Shown here piece by piece: positions 35,149 through 48,390 of a DNA stretch of 64,000 nt. Each line of letters begins with the position of its first letter. Position 1 is the stretch's first letter. A model generated the notes under the pieces. It saw nothing but the letters and a program-made list of their open reading frames with translations, had not been told where the DNA came from and did not search any database. Position numbers and translations under genes: made by a program. This DNA comes from Podarcis vaucheri. Lineage: Eukaryota. The DNA lies in assembly GCA_965113315.1 (NCBI GenBank), contig OZ220365.1; one strand, given 5' to 3'.

Positions 35149-36763
35149 AATATCTCCATTAGCTAACTCTTCAGCAGCTACAATCTTCTGAAAACTCAAG
35201 TTGTGTGGTAGATTTCATCAGTGTGCTTGGCAAATTAGTTAAGCTACTGTGAACATAGAACTATTGTTGTGTAATAATGTGCAAATATATGCACAATGCT
35301 GTTACTATAGTTGAAATCAATTAAACAAGCACTTATAATGAAGGCAAGTAGGATTTTTGATTTGGAGTGAGGTGGGAGTGGAGTTATGCTACAATAAAAA
35401 GGTCATTTTTTCTTTTTAAAAAGGATTTTAAATACAAGGAAGTGCTAGTTCTAATGTTGCAGATGGGGAACATGTCTACCGTTCAGAAACAAATGGTAAG
35501 CAACAGAAAACAAAAACCTTTCTTACACTCATGTAAAATAGAGATTTTGAAGCTCTGTTTTGTATCTAGAACTTATCTATCATTTTTACACAAAAGGTCT
35601 ACTTTATATAGCTTGCAATCCTCTAAACCCTGTTGAATCAGAGTGCCTTCGAAATGTACTGAAGATAAAAATCCAGTCTAAGGTTTATATCCTACTAAGT
35701 CAAGAGTTGATCCAGAGAAATCAAATCAATGCACCTAAGTTAGTCAGGATTAACTGATGTCCACTGATTTTCCACAGGTCTTCTCTAAATATGACCCAGT
35801 TGGATAAAACTCTAAATCTGTAAATAGGACAGAAAAGTGCACTGCTGAACTCTCAAGTTCATTTTAATGAACTTTTTTGCTCCTTGTTAACTCAGATAGT
35901 TGTCAAATACTTCAATGGTGAAAATCACAAGAACAATGATGACATCACAAGCACTACAGCACAGTTTTACTCACACAATAACTGGATGTATACTTGTGAA
36001 ACATTTTTGATCAGAATATGAGTATTCACTGCACCCTCTTTACATCACCACTCTGTATGGACTCCCATATTCAGTGGTAAGAATATTTTTTCTACCACAT
36101 GGTTGTATTTAATGTTTTTTCAAAAGGAGCTGGGATTGCAACATTCCTAGTCTTTAATTTATTGATCCACTACAAAAATCCTTGCAATAAAATAATGCAG
36201 TCAATTTGAAAAACATCCATTAGCTGGTATAAAATCAGTTAGGTTAATAATTTCGTCCATGTCCAATATTAAAAAGTAAAATAAAAATGGATGGTGTTAA
36301 CAATCATAATGCTTAGTTGCCATCTGAAATTCAAAAAGTCTGCGGAAATCACTGATATGAAGGGAAAGAAACTGAGCAGAGGAAAGAAAACAGCCACAAA
36401 GCAAAGGAAGATAATACACTTACACTCACCCAAAACAAAAACCAAATTGCAGCAATATATTTTAAAGGTCAACTTCTGACCAAACGATATCAATAACAAT
36501 GTAGAAAATATTAGGGCAGAGTGAGTGTGAGGCATCTCAGCTCCTTCTAATAGCAAAACAAAGCAACAGACACATACACAAATGCATGCCATTAAAAAAG
36601 AACTATATTGATAAATACTCAGGATTTAGACATATCAGGAGCACTAAAACCTTCTGTAGATTTTCATGCTCTTGATGGCATGGCTTGTTAAAGTGACTGC
36701 ATTACTATTCAAATTTGCCAAATCAATCTGATTTCTACTGAATAATTTGCTGGTTTGACTTAC

Positions 36764-36811
36764 GTCATCCATAAAATCAATCAATGAGGATGATGAAGAA
36801 GAAAAGGAATC
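36764..36811 (-). CDS. CDC42BPA: 48-nt cassette exon (DSFSSSSSSLIDFMDD)
   Basis: aaaatag/gtaagt, phase 0-0. Matches a recalled MRCK-alpha isoform peptide DSFSSSSSSLIDFLDD. Confidence 0.88.
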
Positions 36812-37879
36812 CTATTTTAACGTATAGAGCAGTAAAGAAACAGAAACAGATAGATGAAAACTTCTGTTTTGTGAAAATAACCAGCACCGCCATACTGTTG
36901 AGAAATCAAGTGAAGAAAGATTCCAAATGATTTACATATTATTATTTTTTAGTATACCTTTTGAACAGCTTTTGTTAACTGACTATTATTCCACCAATAT
37001 TACATAGTAGTTTAGTTATATTAAAGACAGTGCAAGGGAACATAGGATTGTTAGAACAATACAGACTCTTTAGGTTTGCTGTACCTTTAGGAGAATCATG
37101 CAGATGTGGAATGTGCCATTAATTGTCACAATTTCTTAGTGGCAGGATTTTACTATCCAAACTAACAAAATGTCTGTGGCCATAAAGATGGGCTACATCT
37201 GTGTGACTGGGCAAGTGACAGCAACAGTTTCCTTTTCCAGCTCCAATTTTTCTTCCATTTGCCCTTGCTTCCCCGCCCCCTCAATCAATTGGGACCTTCA
37301 CCCCAGTCCATTATCTCATCTGTGTTTAGATCCCAGGTCCCTGCCTTTACTCAGTCCCCTTTGCTTCAGCTATAGTATATTGCTGTGGCCATGTTAGTAA
37401 GGTATCTGCCCAATAGTGATGAAGCACAATGTGTACCATAGAACAAATCTTGGTTACAGCTCATGGCTTGCCTGGAGAGAGCTAAACCATAAGCTCATGT
37501 TGGGACAACATGCTAAACCAAACTATGGCTGATCTATTTGTGCTTAGCATGGTTTGGCTGAATATAACATGTGATCTTGGCCAATGTGTCTCTTTCGTCC
37601 CCAAATTGAGTTCTATTTCTCAGTTGTGCTTACAAGCCCTGTTTCATGCCCAATAAGCATGGGATGCCTTTGTCTGGCGGCACTGTAGCCCATAGATTGC
37701 AGCAAAATACTGGGCAATATTTTGCCCAGTATCTTCTCTGTGCGATGGGCTCATAGGAAAAAGCTGTCTCATGAGCCCTTGCTGCAGAAGGGAGGGGAAA
37801 GCCTAAGGCTGCTTCCTCTGGAGCTCACAGTCATTTTGCTTTGAGAGCTTTCTGCCCATCCACCCTCGGGTTAGAGCCT

Positions 37880-38390
37880 TAACTGAGCAATTTTGGGCTG
37901 GAAAGTAATTTCTCTCTCCCGACGCGATTGGCACTTGGTTGGGATTTTTTCGCCTTTCCCTCGGTGAAATTATGGCTTTCCTTTGTTAGGGGGAAGAATG
38001 TTGTTTGTATGAGGGTGGAAATGGCATTGGTCAGGATCAACATTGTATAGGGGCCCCCCCACAAGGGGCCCGAGGGGAGGATTGACCATGGCAAACCCAA
38101 GTGTGGGTTTGGTATTTGCGTGGTTGGAATCTGCACTCTGGTCTGCCAGTGAGACCTTGCTTGCTTGGCTTGCACCACAGCAAGATTCAACACTGGCTGA
38201 TTCCTGTTGTACAGATTTGGAGCAATCCAAACCCAGCGGATCCATTCCATCAACATTGTGGAATGATGAACCGATCCTGGGACCCAATGCCATGCCAACC
38301 CTTGCCCCGCCTGCTGGTGTCAATAAAGATTTGGCCTGATTTTATCCCATCACTATTGTACGGTCTAGTTATTTTGCTGCTCTCATGAGT
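37880..38390 (+). mobile_element. Possible degenerate solo LTR
   Basis: GC-richer island with AATAAA (gtcaataaagatttggcc) near its 3' end. Overlapping ORFs have no recognisable domain. Boundaries uncertain. Confidence 0.3.
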
Positions 38391-39432
38391 CAGATAATGC
38401 ACCTGCCTGGACAAATAATAGTTGTGGTAGTTGTTAATAGTTGTGTTAGTCCTGAGCTTTCTAAACATTTTAAGCACGGCGTCCTTAAATGTAAAGTGTG
38501 TAGATTGCTGAGGGCTAAGAATACAAAGAAGCCTAAGAAGAGGTGTCACGTTTGCTGGTGTCACAAAAGCACTATCATCCTCAAACAGGACAAAGCAATG
38601 CTATTCTTGCATGCAGTTCCTAAAGTGAAGGGGCATTTGGGTGAAATTTCGCAGGTTGCTTAAACACAATCTATTATCTTGCACTTTGTCTTGGTTTTCT
38701 AATCTCATCTGTGCTAAGAAAGCAGTTCAGAAAACAAAGGGAGACAAGAGGTCGCAGTATTTTATGAAACTATTCTGTTCTGTATTTTCCATTCATAACA
38801 GAATGAGATAGAAATATTTTTAAAAGTAAGATTTGTACCTAAGTGTTTTATATTGTAGGGCCCTTACTTTATTTGAACAAGGAAGACAATGGAATCCACA
38901 ATACTTTTCATTTCTATTTTTCTATTTTTATTTCTATTTCTATTATTTCTATTTTAAGATATGTCCCCTGCTTTCTATGAAATCAGCAACCTAATTATTT
39001 TGAAAAATCAGGGACGTGAAAATAAATGCCTAAAATAAATTATCTGAGAAAATAACAGAATCTGGAGGGTTTTTGCCTTACTACGTGTCTGAAGTAAATT
39101 TCTGATTTGAACATATGGGAGTTGCAATTAAAAGATCCCTATAGCAATGCATGGAAATAATGCAATAAAAAACAACACAGTATCAAAACCTAAGTATAAG
39201 ACAAATAATACATGTTCCTTAGAGATCAAAGGCTGAGATGCTATATACATTTACACAGGAGCATGCATCATTGAACTCAAGGGGACTTGCTTCTGAATAG
39301 ACATGATAGGCTTGCATGGTGAATTCCCCCCCCCCCAACACATAAGTGTAGTTCTTATATCAAAGCAGTAGTGACCACAAACTGAATATGCATATGATAT
39401 CAAAATATATAATACATCAGCTGTTTACTTAC

Positions 39433-39509
39433 TTCAAATTGATCCAGAGCAGAGGTAGGCGCATTCAAAAATGCCAAGAAAGAATTCTGTGAGTCTTGGT
39501 GCTTTACAC
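39433..39509 (-). CDS. CDC42BPA: MRCK-alpha exon (VKHQDSQNSFLAFLNAPTSALDQFE)
   Basis: ttttctag/gtaagt, 77 nt, phase 1-0. Confidence 0.95.
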
Positions 39510-39782
39510 CTAGAAAACAGCAGCAAGTCTTTAACCTATAGAAAATGGCCAACTGGGTCATTGTCTATGGGTTGTCCTTCTTGAGTTATCTCTGTTGCTA
39601 CTCCAAAATGCACCAGAATGCTCCACAGCTCAGGAAAAGAAAAAGGAAGTAGAGCTGTAACACTCCAAAGTACAACATCATGTCATTTGCAACAAGATCT
39701 CAAAATAATTAAGTTTGCATATTGATTTCTTAGCATCTTTTTCTATTCCTCATACTTATAACCATTGTACTTAAAATTCTTA

Positions 39783-40032
39783 GAAGAAGAAGAAGAAGAG
39801 TTTGGATTTGATATCCCGCCTTTCACTCCCCTTCAGGAGTCTCAAAGCGGCTAACAATCTCCTTTCCCTTCCTCCCCCACAACAAACACTCTGTGAGGTG
39901 AGTGGGGCTGAGAGACTTCACAGAAGTGTGACTGGCCCAAGGTCACCCAGCAGCTGCATGTGGAGGAGCGGAGACGCGAACCCGGTTTCCCAGATTACGT
40001 GACTACCGCTCTTAACCACTACACCACACTGG
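39783..40032 (-). mobile_element. Full-length young Squam3-type SINE
   Basis: Minus strand starts CCAGTGTGGTGTAGTGGTTAAGAGCGG (box A) ... GGTTCGCGTCTCC (box B) and ends in (TTC)n. Confidence 0.85.
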
Positions 40033-40921
40033 ACATCCTCTGGATACAATGAAGATTTCCAGTACTGGTGCAAGTGCACAACTGGTAAACCTCACTGAAT
40101 CTGAGAACTATTCTCTGGCCTTATATATCAAGAGCTGCTTACAAAATTCTGGCCCCTGCAGCAGCAAAAAACCCACTAGTACCGTGGCAGTTGAAACATT
40201 TTTTTTTTAGGATCAGATTGTATAACTAAGGACTCAGCTAGACTGGTAAAGAAAAAGTGTTTTATATGCGTTGTATATGCGATATAACACTGTGACACCA
40301 GATGACATTCTGAAGGGACTATCTTTCCCTACCGGATTCCCCTGTATGAGTTTACAACGTGTTTAACTGAATCACTTCTTTTGATGTGTCTAGATCCAAC
40401 CCAAGCCAGAGTAAGGTTAAGTTTACAGATTCACGGAGCTATATTGGTTTGGTCCCCTTATCTGTCCTTTCACAAATGCAGTTCTTACCACACTCTACCA
40501 TTAAAGGGATCCACTTCTATCTACTCCTCCAACAAATATAACTTTCTGGGCTTTTTCTTGGGTGGTTTTAAATTTAAACTGAGTGAAACATTTGTCCAGT
40601 GCAACTAGTGTTCCATGGACAGTTTTTCAGAAGAGATTCCCCACTATGAAGCTATCCAAACAGTACTGTATTCTACCCTACTGCTGATTTGTCTGAAGGA
40701 CAGTGCCCTTTTGAAAGAGCAGCTAATAAGAAGCACCCATGGGCTTAAATCGGATGTATGTAACTCAGCTAAGTAAACACATATTTTGATCATGAAAACT
40801 CACCATCATCAATGGGGCAAAATGGCACAGCAATTAAAATGAATAGGATGACAGTACATGAAGGAATCAACCTTTTGTATCTTAATGTTCACCCCGATTG
40901 TGGTATTGTTTAAGTTGTAAC

Positions 40922-41351
40922 CAGTGGGTTGTGGGTTTTTTTTTTTTTTTTGAATAATAGGTGCCAGTACACAACACCACCATCCTGCTTACTCCACCCG
41001 CTCTCTTGCTCCCTCCCCCTTTGCTGCTTCCTCCTCTGTCACTGTTGCTTCCTGCTGAGGGCACAGCCTCCTAGTGGCGCTTTGGTGCAACCCTTACAAT
41101 CGCCAAACCACTTTCAGGGAAAGTGCCTGACAATCGTAAAAGTCGCACCAGAGCAGAGGCGCTTTGGTGATCGTAACTTGGTGATTGCCAGGCACCTGCC
41201 GCAGGAAACAGCAGCGATGGAGGAGGAGCAAGCGGCAAAGGTGTGTGGGGAGAGAGGAGCAAGTGAGTTGGGGGGCGGGCAAGCGGTGGTGGCAAGATGG
41301 TGGCTGGGGGGAAGAGGTGGTGGTACACTGTGCCAACAGAAAAAAGCACTG
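40922..41351. mobile_element. hAT-like non-autonomous element, 430 bp
   Basis: CAGTG...CACTG termini with 8-bp direct repeats GTTGTAAC at 40914-40921 and 41352-41359. Confidence 0.75.
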
Positions 41352-41860
41352 GTTGTAACCCAGAATGGCACTGGTAAAAGATGAAGAGCTAAGTAAATAT
41401 ACAAACAATCAGAATGATTGTAGGAGCAATTGATAAGACATTTATTTTTGAGAAAATAATTTATAATTTATTTTCCCACTCTATAAGACTACTCTAGGGG
41501 GCTTGTAGCTTAAATCAAAAGAATTGGCAAATTTTAAATGATTTCTTCACCATACGATACATATCTGAGTTGTAACTACTCATTATGCCAGCAACTTTCT
41601 AGTAAATAGTGATCAACTGCTGTATAGTACAAAAACAAAAGGATTTGGAAGAAAGACTTTATGAACCAAGACAACTGTCCTTCTGTATTTCTATAACAGC
41701 TGTGGATACATCTTATCATGTAAGAGCTATGATGGTATCTTAGAAGCCAAAATCCATATTCTGTCAGCACACTCTAAGGCGCCATTCTTATTTGATAACA
41801 TATACCCAACTGCTGTGGAGTGGATTTTGCCTTCCTTTATTTGGACACCAATTCTCGTAC

Positions 41861-41952
41861 CCTTTTCTGATCGGAGTTCTTCTGTCTCTTTTTTCAGTCT
41901 CTCTATTTCTGACAATAGGTCAGAGTTCTTCTTGTCAGATTCCTGTAGTTTG
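41861..41952 (-). CDS. CDC42BPA: Coiled-coil exon (KLQESDKKNSDLLSEIERLKKETEELRSEK)
   Basis: tgtataaag/gtacga, 92 nt, phase 2-1. Confidence 0.94.
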
Positions 41953-42123
41953 CTTTATACAAATAAAAAGAGAGAGAGATAGAGAGAGATCCAATTAGTA
42001 AGGGCCATGTTATTTAATCGTTACTTGAACATATTTTTTTCAGCACTGTTCAGTCAAGATCAATGTCAGCCACGTCACACTGTCAGAAGTATAACACAAA
42101 ACATGGAAGTGAGTGCTACTGTA

Positions 42124-42270
42124 CAGTGGCGTAGCGTGGGGGGTGCAGGGGGGGGCGGCCGCACCGGGCGCAACATCTGAGGGTTAGGGTTAGGGGGTGC
42201 AAATCCACGGGTTAGGGGGCGTAAATTACTTGCCTTGCCCTGGGTGCTGACAACCCACGCTACGCCACTG
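42124..42270. mobile_element. hAT MITE, 147 bp, with internal TTAGGG units
   Basis: Perfect 17-bp TIR CAGTGGCGTAGCGTGGG and 8-bp TSD CTACTGTA (42116-42123, 42271-42278). Confidence 0.93.
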
Positions 42271-43227
42271 CTACTGTAGCAAGGAACCTTGAAAAAGGAA
42301 TTAGTGATTGTCTCTGAATATCCTTTGAGTTGGCTCTAGTCTCTGTTTATGAAAAACAGTATGAGCAGCAGGCATGGGAATAAATGATCTCTATTTTAAA
42401 ATACAGCACTGATTATTTTTGGTGGCCATTTCCTAGCAACTGTAATGTTTACTGGTGGAGATGCATGTTCCAATATGCAACTCCAGTAACTAATTCTGGA
42501 AATTCTAGTCTAATACTGGCTTGTTAAGCCTTTGGCTACCTTTCAAAAATGCATTAATTGCAGCTCGAGTTGGCCATCACCCCTTTATGAAAAATAGCTA
42601 TTTGGGTCTTGCTATTCGGGTATTACTATTAAAATAGCTATTATGTTAGCAGTCACAGAATACGTTTCATGCCAGTTTCATTGCTGAATTCTGTTATGGG
42701 GAAAATTGAACAGAATTCATGCTGCTACTTAGCTGGACTCTTGCTGCTACTTTTAGTTTTCAAAGGCAACTAAAAAGTCTTGCCTGCAACAAGAATTTTA
42801 TATAAATTATATGACCTGGAGCAGTCAATTTACTATAAATTATCTGCCTTCAATCAGCTCCCTCGATCATTGAATTTCTTAAGTCAACAAAATGGATCGT
42901 GATGGAAAAAGATCGTTCTTCAGAATCCATAAGCCAATCGTGGTAAACTAGCAGAGGAATGCAGTTTATTGCTTTTTTTAAGGTTGTAAAATGCAACATA
43001 AATTTTATTTTCAACAAAGATCTTTGAAGCACCTTAAAAAAGCACAGATTTTCCAGTAATGATTCAATTAACTATAAATTATAGAAGGATAATTTTTGCT
43101 TTTAAGTCAGGCTCCCATGAATAACTGTAGGGTTATAGTTTGACAGGCGATATATTTTAGGATTTATCAGTATGTCTTTTGTAGAAAAGTCTTTGCAAGC
43201 TAGAACATTAGAACCACCAATTCTTAC

Positions 43228-43376
43228 CATTCTGTTGCAATATTGCAAGCTTTAACTTTATTTAACTCCTCTTGAATGGCTTGTTTGGCTCGTATTTCTG
43301 CATCAAGGGCTGACTGTAGCTCTAACCTTGCAGACATATCCAGTTTTGCAAAACGCCGCATCTTCCAGGGCATGTC
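43228..43376 (-). CDS. CDC42BPA: KIM / DMPK-coil exon ([49 protein letters not shown])
   Basis: ctttttag/gtaaga, 149 nt, phase 0-2. [15 protein letters not shown] is a DMPK-family hallmark. Confidence 0.97.
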
Positions 43377-44165
43377 CTAAAAAGAAAAGCCGTTTCCTTT
43401 TATTTAAGGCATTTGTTACATTTCAATCTTATTATGGTCTTCCAAAAGAGTCCTGGCAATGCCCCAAATACATTATCTTTCTTTGATCCAAGTAATAAAA
43501 AAAGTTGTTGTACTATCTTATTCTTTTATAGGCAATAGCAGTTTTATGAAATATTCCATTTATGCTATAGAATACATTAGCAACAATTAAAATACTTATT
43601 CATTGGGGGGGGGGGATGAATCTATCACAGAGAAAGTTTCCACGCCCTCTCTGACCTCCTTTAAACAAGCTTTAATAAATACAACCTTTACTGTTTAAAC
43701 TGGGATGTCATGGAATGGGGACTATTGTCCACAACAGTGATTTTAGTCAGCTTGATTATTTAAATGTAATGTTGAAATAACTGTTTTTATATACTGTACA
43801 CTACCTTGTAACAGATTAAAATCAGTATAGAATTAAATGGATGATCACAGATTCACAGAATCGCAGAGTTGGAAGAGGACCCCAGAAGGAGGTATTAATC
43901 ACCTTCCTGGCCCAGCCAGCTGTCCTGTCCCTGCCAGTTTTCATCAGCCAAGAGGAGCAAGAGTCCAGAGGGCAAATGGTTGCCCTGACCGATTGAAGCA
44001 CCTTGTCTGCATCCTCAAGCCTTACTAACTAAAACTTGTCCAGCTAACAGGACTAGACAATTCTCTGGAACACCTTTCAAGATTCATCTGCTGTAACTGG
44101 TAGCTAATATAACTCACATTAGGCATTTATTTGATGGCACAGGAAATCTTTAAAAAATACACTTA

Positions 44166-44357
<192 letters not shown>

Positions 44358-44659
44358 TTAGAGAGATAATGAGGATGTTGAAAAACAGCCAGAACGAGAA
44401 TTTCATAAAATCAATCATAATTATAGAAAAATAAAGCCCAATTAGTTAAGCTGCAAGCGGAAACAACCCACGTGATGCCCCTCAAGTTTTCTTGGGTGCT
44501 GTGGAACTGAATCCTTAACATTTCTAAAAAATAGGCACCAAAGGACATAATGTTCCATGGTCTTGTACAGCTCCCACTCATTTCAGTGGTGCACAGGTGT
44601 ATATGGGCAGGTGGTGACCATTGCATATAATGCAATACTCTCATTTTCTATCTTCATTT

Positions 44660-44868
44660 CATTTATTGTGTTTATATCCCATCTTTCCTCCAAAGAGCTT
44701 GAGGTGGGTACATGATTCTCCTCTCCCTATTTTATTCTCACAACAACCTTGCGAGGTAGATTAAGCTGGGAGTGAGTCACCCAGAGAGCTTCATGGCTGA
44801 ATACCAATTCAAACCCTGGTCTCCCAAGTCACAGTCTAACACTCTAATCATTACATCACTCTGGCTCT
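44660..44868 (-). mobile_element. Older Squam3-like SINE
   Basis: ctcacaacaaccttgcgaggtag...gtcacccag...aaccctggtctcc...acactctaatcattacatcactctggctctc. Confidence 0.7.
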
Positions 44869-45847
44869 CCAAAAGCTGACAATGAGTAGTTGTTTTAAAG
44901 TAAATGAATAAATGAATTCTGTTTTTTATTATAATTATAATGGGGGGGGGGGGACAGCTGAATAATACATATATATATATTTCAGGAAATCATGATCCTT
45001 ACAGTTTTTCTAAGCATTCAGGTTGTGAATGCTGAATAAATGTGTGAATGATGGCAGCAATCAGCATGGAATTGGCATAGCTGTAATGAAGGCCAGATGT
45101 TTAGGATCATAGCCAAAATCACAAACATGCTCCTTTGAACACATGTAATTGTAGCAACTCACACATTTATGCATTTTTCACACATGAGGGTGCATATGCC
45201 TTTTCCTACATGGAGAAGCTGTCTGTGTAGGAAAAGCCACGTGTGAAACAGTTCCAGGGAGGTGTTTAATTACGACCACCATTCCATCTGCTTCCATATT
45301 TCAACTGGACGGACCGTTTTATTGGGCAATGAAAGGCCCAAATCTCTCCTGCACACAGAAATCATAAGATGTTCTTTTTAACCAGCCCAAAAGGAAACTG
45401 GTATTGAGATCTATGCAAAAGCTGTATGCATCTTTAGCAACCAGTAGATGGCAATAAGTTCCAATATGCCATTTGTGCAGTTCATTTGCATTGTGTAGAG
45501 CTAGGCTGCATTCCTGCAGGAATGGCAGTGCCAGGCTCAGTGTGCTCGGAAAATCTTCCTAATTTTCTTCATGCTTGTTGTTTGGTGCCAGGTCAGTTCA
45601 TAGACAGACCACCCTCATCCTTGATCTGAACATGAATGGAACCGATCCGAGGAGTATTGCTGAGACCTTAGTGGGTGAGCTGGGTGCAGCTGAACTAATT
45701 GATGTGGCACAGCATCACCTCAGACAGCGGGTGCAGGGAATTGCTGTGATTCAAAATGATTCCATTAACCTCACTTGGAAACCTTTCCACCTTGGGTTGG
45801 GACTGCCATCTGTTGCCAGGTCAGACTGGGGATACCACTGTTGTAAC

Positions 45848-45960
45848 CAGAGCTTTCTTTCAGCGGGAACCTCTAAGGTGGGTTCCATTGCCATTATAAG
45901 AGAGCAAGGGAGGCGATCATAGTGAGTTCCTGTACCCCTTTTTCTAGAAAAATAGCACTG
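45848..45960. mobile_element. hAT-like MITE, 113 bp
   Basis: Imperfect TIRs CAGAGCTTTCTTTC / GAAAAATAGCACTG with 8-bp direct repeats GTTGTAAC at 45840-45847 and 45961-45968. Confidence 0.8.
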
Positions 45961-47521
45961 GTTGTAACTGCTGCCCACAAACTTCTCTGACAAAAGTAGT
46001 TTTGGGAGAGACTGAACATTCACACTGAGGCTCTGTCTACTGATTTTGCATGGGATTTCACAATCTCCATGGCAACCATAGGGCTGTCTCAATTTCCCCT
46101 GCCCTGGTTTTAATGTTTGCATGCATGTGTTTTCTTTTCTTGTAAGTTGCTTTGAATTGCATGTGGCAAAAACAAACAAACAAACAACCCAACACCAATA
46201 TATTTCATAATAATAATTAGCAGGATTAGTTGGAGAATTAATTTCATATCCTGAGTTTTGACAGGTCCAAACAGACCATACTTCAGGCTTTTGTAATATT
46301 CAAGGTACATTGGATTCTATGTGTACTAAATTTCACCTTTCTGCTAGGGAAGTACCTGAACACATAACCACTTAATTTCCAGTCAGTGAGAGAAAATATA
46401 TAAACATATTTGCTTTACTGTGTTCCCCTCACCCGGCTTGCATGAGAGACTTTTGTTTATAACAAAGAAGTACTATAAATCATCCAGCTTTGATTCTTTA
46501 TTCTTTGCTTCTGTAAAAGCAGACCTTCAAGGGTGAAAAATGGACCCTGATCCTTGAGTTTGAATTATGTACATTTATGAAGTGAACTACATTGCTTGGA
46601 CCACATCCAGTGTTTCAGAGCCCAACGTGCATTGACTAACCATACTCAAAAGCCAGAGCTATGCCTAAATATGGACAGTAAAGTTATACTGGATGTGAAA
46701 GCACTGTCTAGCTAACAAGGCTTCCCTAAAAAGACTATGTTTATCCATTTTTACTTAATACAAAATTAAATTATACAGCTGCTATGAAAGCAGATAAAAA
46801 GGACACAAACATTTAAAAAATGATACTGCCACAAGACACTAACATTAATCAGTGTAAATGATCTGTGGAAATGTTTAGGTACAGATTGTTTTCAGAGTTA
46901 CATTTTACAAATGGTCCAAAAATGGAAAAACAAATCACTGCAAAAAATTGTTTTCCCCACTAACAGTTCAAACTCATGCCTGCATCTTTATTTCAGAGTA
47001 CTGTAAAAGACAGGGGATTGAGCTTTGTCAGTATGATAGAAGGGAATATTAGAAACTATCACTTGAAGACTACTTTTCATTCTGTAGCAATTTTCAAAGG
47101 GGCAGCCTCTTAATGTATATGAATAAGTGAACTGCAGTCCCAGAAAGCTTACAGATTTGGTAGTCTTTAAGATGCCACAAGATTCTTTTTTTTTATTTTG
47201 TGTTTTAAATTTAATTTATAGGATATCAACAAAGAAGGATAATATGCCAATTCTGTGACTAAATACTAGAAAAAAACCTTCCACCACCACCTTTTATTCT
47301 ATCATATATGAAGCTACTTAGAATTCTACTAGTTGTCACTCGTATTTGAAAATCCAACAACTATACCCAGTGGTGGTTTACACTGCTGAAAAGAGTTGAG
47401 TTTTCTGAAGCTTGGAAATAGAATACCAGGGGACTGAAGAATTAAATTCTGTTTGTCCAAAACAGAACGTGTCTTGTTGCATGAGGGACAGTGGCAAACG
47501 GGATTAGATGAAGGTTCTTAC

Positions 47522-47646
47522 CACTGGATGATCTCCGTGATCTGGGCTTCCCAGTGCGCTACAGATTCTTTTTTGTCAGCAAGATCTCTCATCTCTTCTT
47601 CCAGTTGCCGGTTGCTCATACTTAGTCTCTCATACATGGCTGTAAG
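47522..47646 (-). CDS. CDC42BPA: Coiled-coil exon (LTAMYERLSMSNRQLEEEMRDLADKKESVAHWEAQITEIIQ)
   Basis: ctattcag/gtaaga, 125 nt, phase 0-2. Confidence 0.97.
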
Positions 47647-47769
47647 CTGAATAGATTTTAAAGACAAGAGGTATGATCTTGGCTTGCTGGCCTAAAATGG
47701 CTTTTCTTGTGTTTCTTGTGAACTTTTAGAATCCATAAATGTGCTCCACTATCCTACGCAGCCTGAGGA

Positions 47770-47936
47770 GGTATGCTTCTGAATACCAGTGGCTGGAAAC
47801 CACAGGGAAGTGCTCTTGCGCAATTGGGTCATGCTTGAAGGCTTCCCATAGGCATCTGGTTCGCTACTGTGAGAACAGGATGCTGTACTAGATGGGACAC
47901 TGGCCTGATTCAGCAGGGCCTTTTTGTGTTCTTATG
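47770..47936 (+). mobile_element. CR1-type LINE 3' fragment
   Basis: ggatgctgtactagatgggacactggcctgattcagcagggc...ttcttatg 3' terminus. Confidence 0.65.
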
Positions 47937-48191
47937 CTCTGCTGGTTGTGTCCTCATGACATATGTTGCCAGAAGCACCTATATAAAACCAACTACCCCA
48001 ACCCATAGTATCTATTGTGCAAATGGATCTCCTCAATGGTCAACAAATCACATGCATGGGTGAGTCTCATTGTTGCCTGCGGAATGCAAAAAGTCAAAGT
48101 ATTCTAGAATTCACAATGGAAAAATCATGCCTGATTTGTGGCACTCACTTGCCAGGTTCTCTTTAAGCACACATTCCTTTTCTTCTTCTTC

Positions 48192-48233
<42 letters not shown>

Positions 48234-48390
48234 GCCCTTCTGCCACTCTGGGAGCTTCCAGCACATACAAAAATGTCAAACATTAAAAACTTCCTGATAT
48301 AGGGCTGGCTTTAGATTTCTTCTAAAAGTTGTGTATTTCTTTATCTCCTTGACATCTGATGGGAAGGCAGTACACAGCCAAGAAGGACCT
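48192..48390 (-). mobile_element. L2 3' fragment with (TAT)14 microsatellite tail
   Basis: (TAT)n at 48192-48233, then gccactctgggagcttcc...gacatctgatgggaaggc, as in the 4090 copy. Confidence 0.7.

Noticed and set aside
45575-46179. Gag-like ORF (WLQQWYPQ...WKGFQVRLMESF)
   Set aside because: The ORF runs through the hAT MITE at 45848-45960 and has no LTR or pol context.
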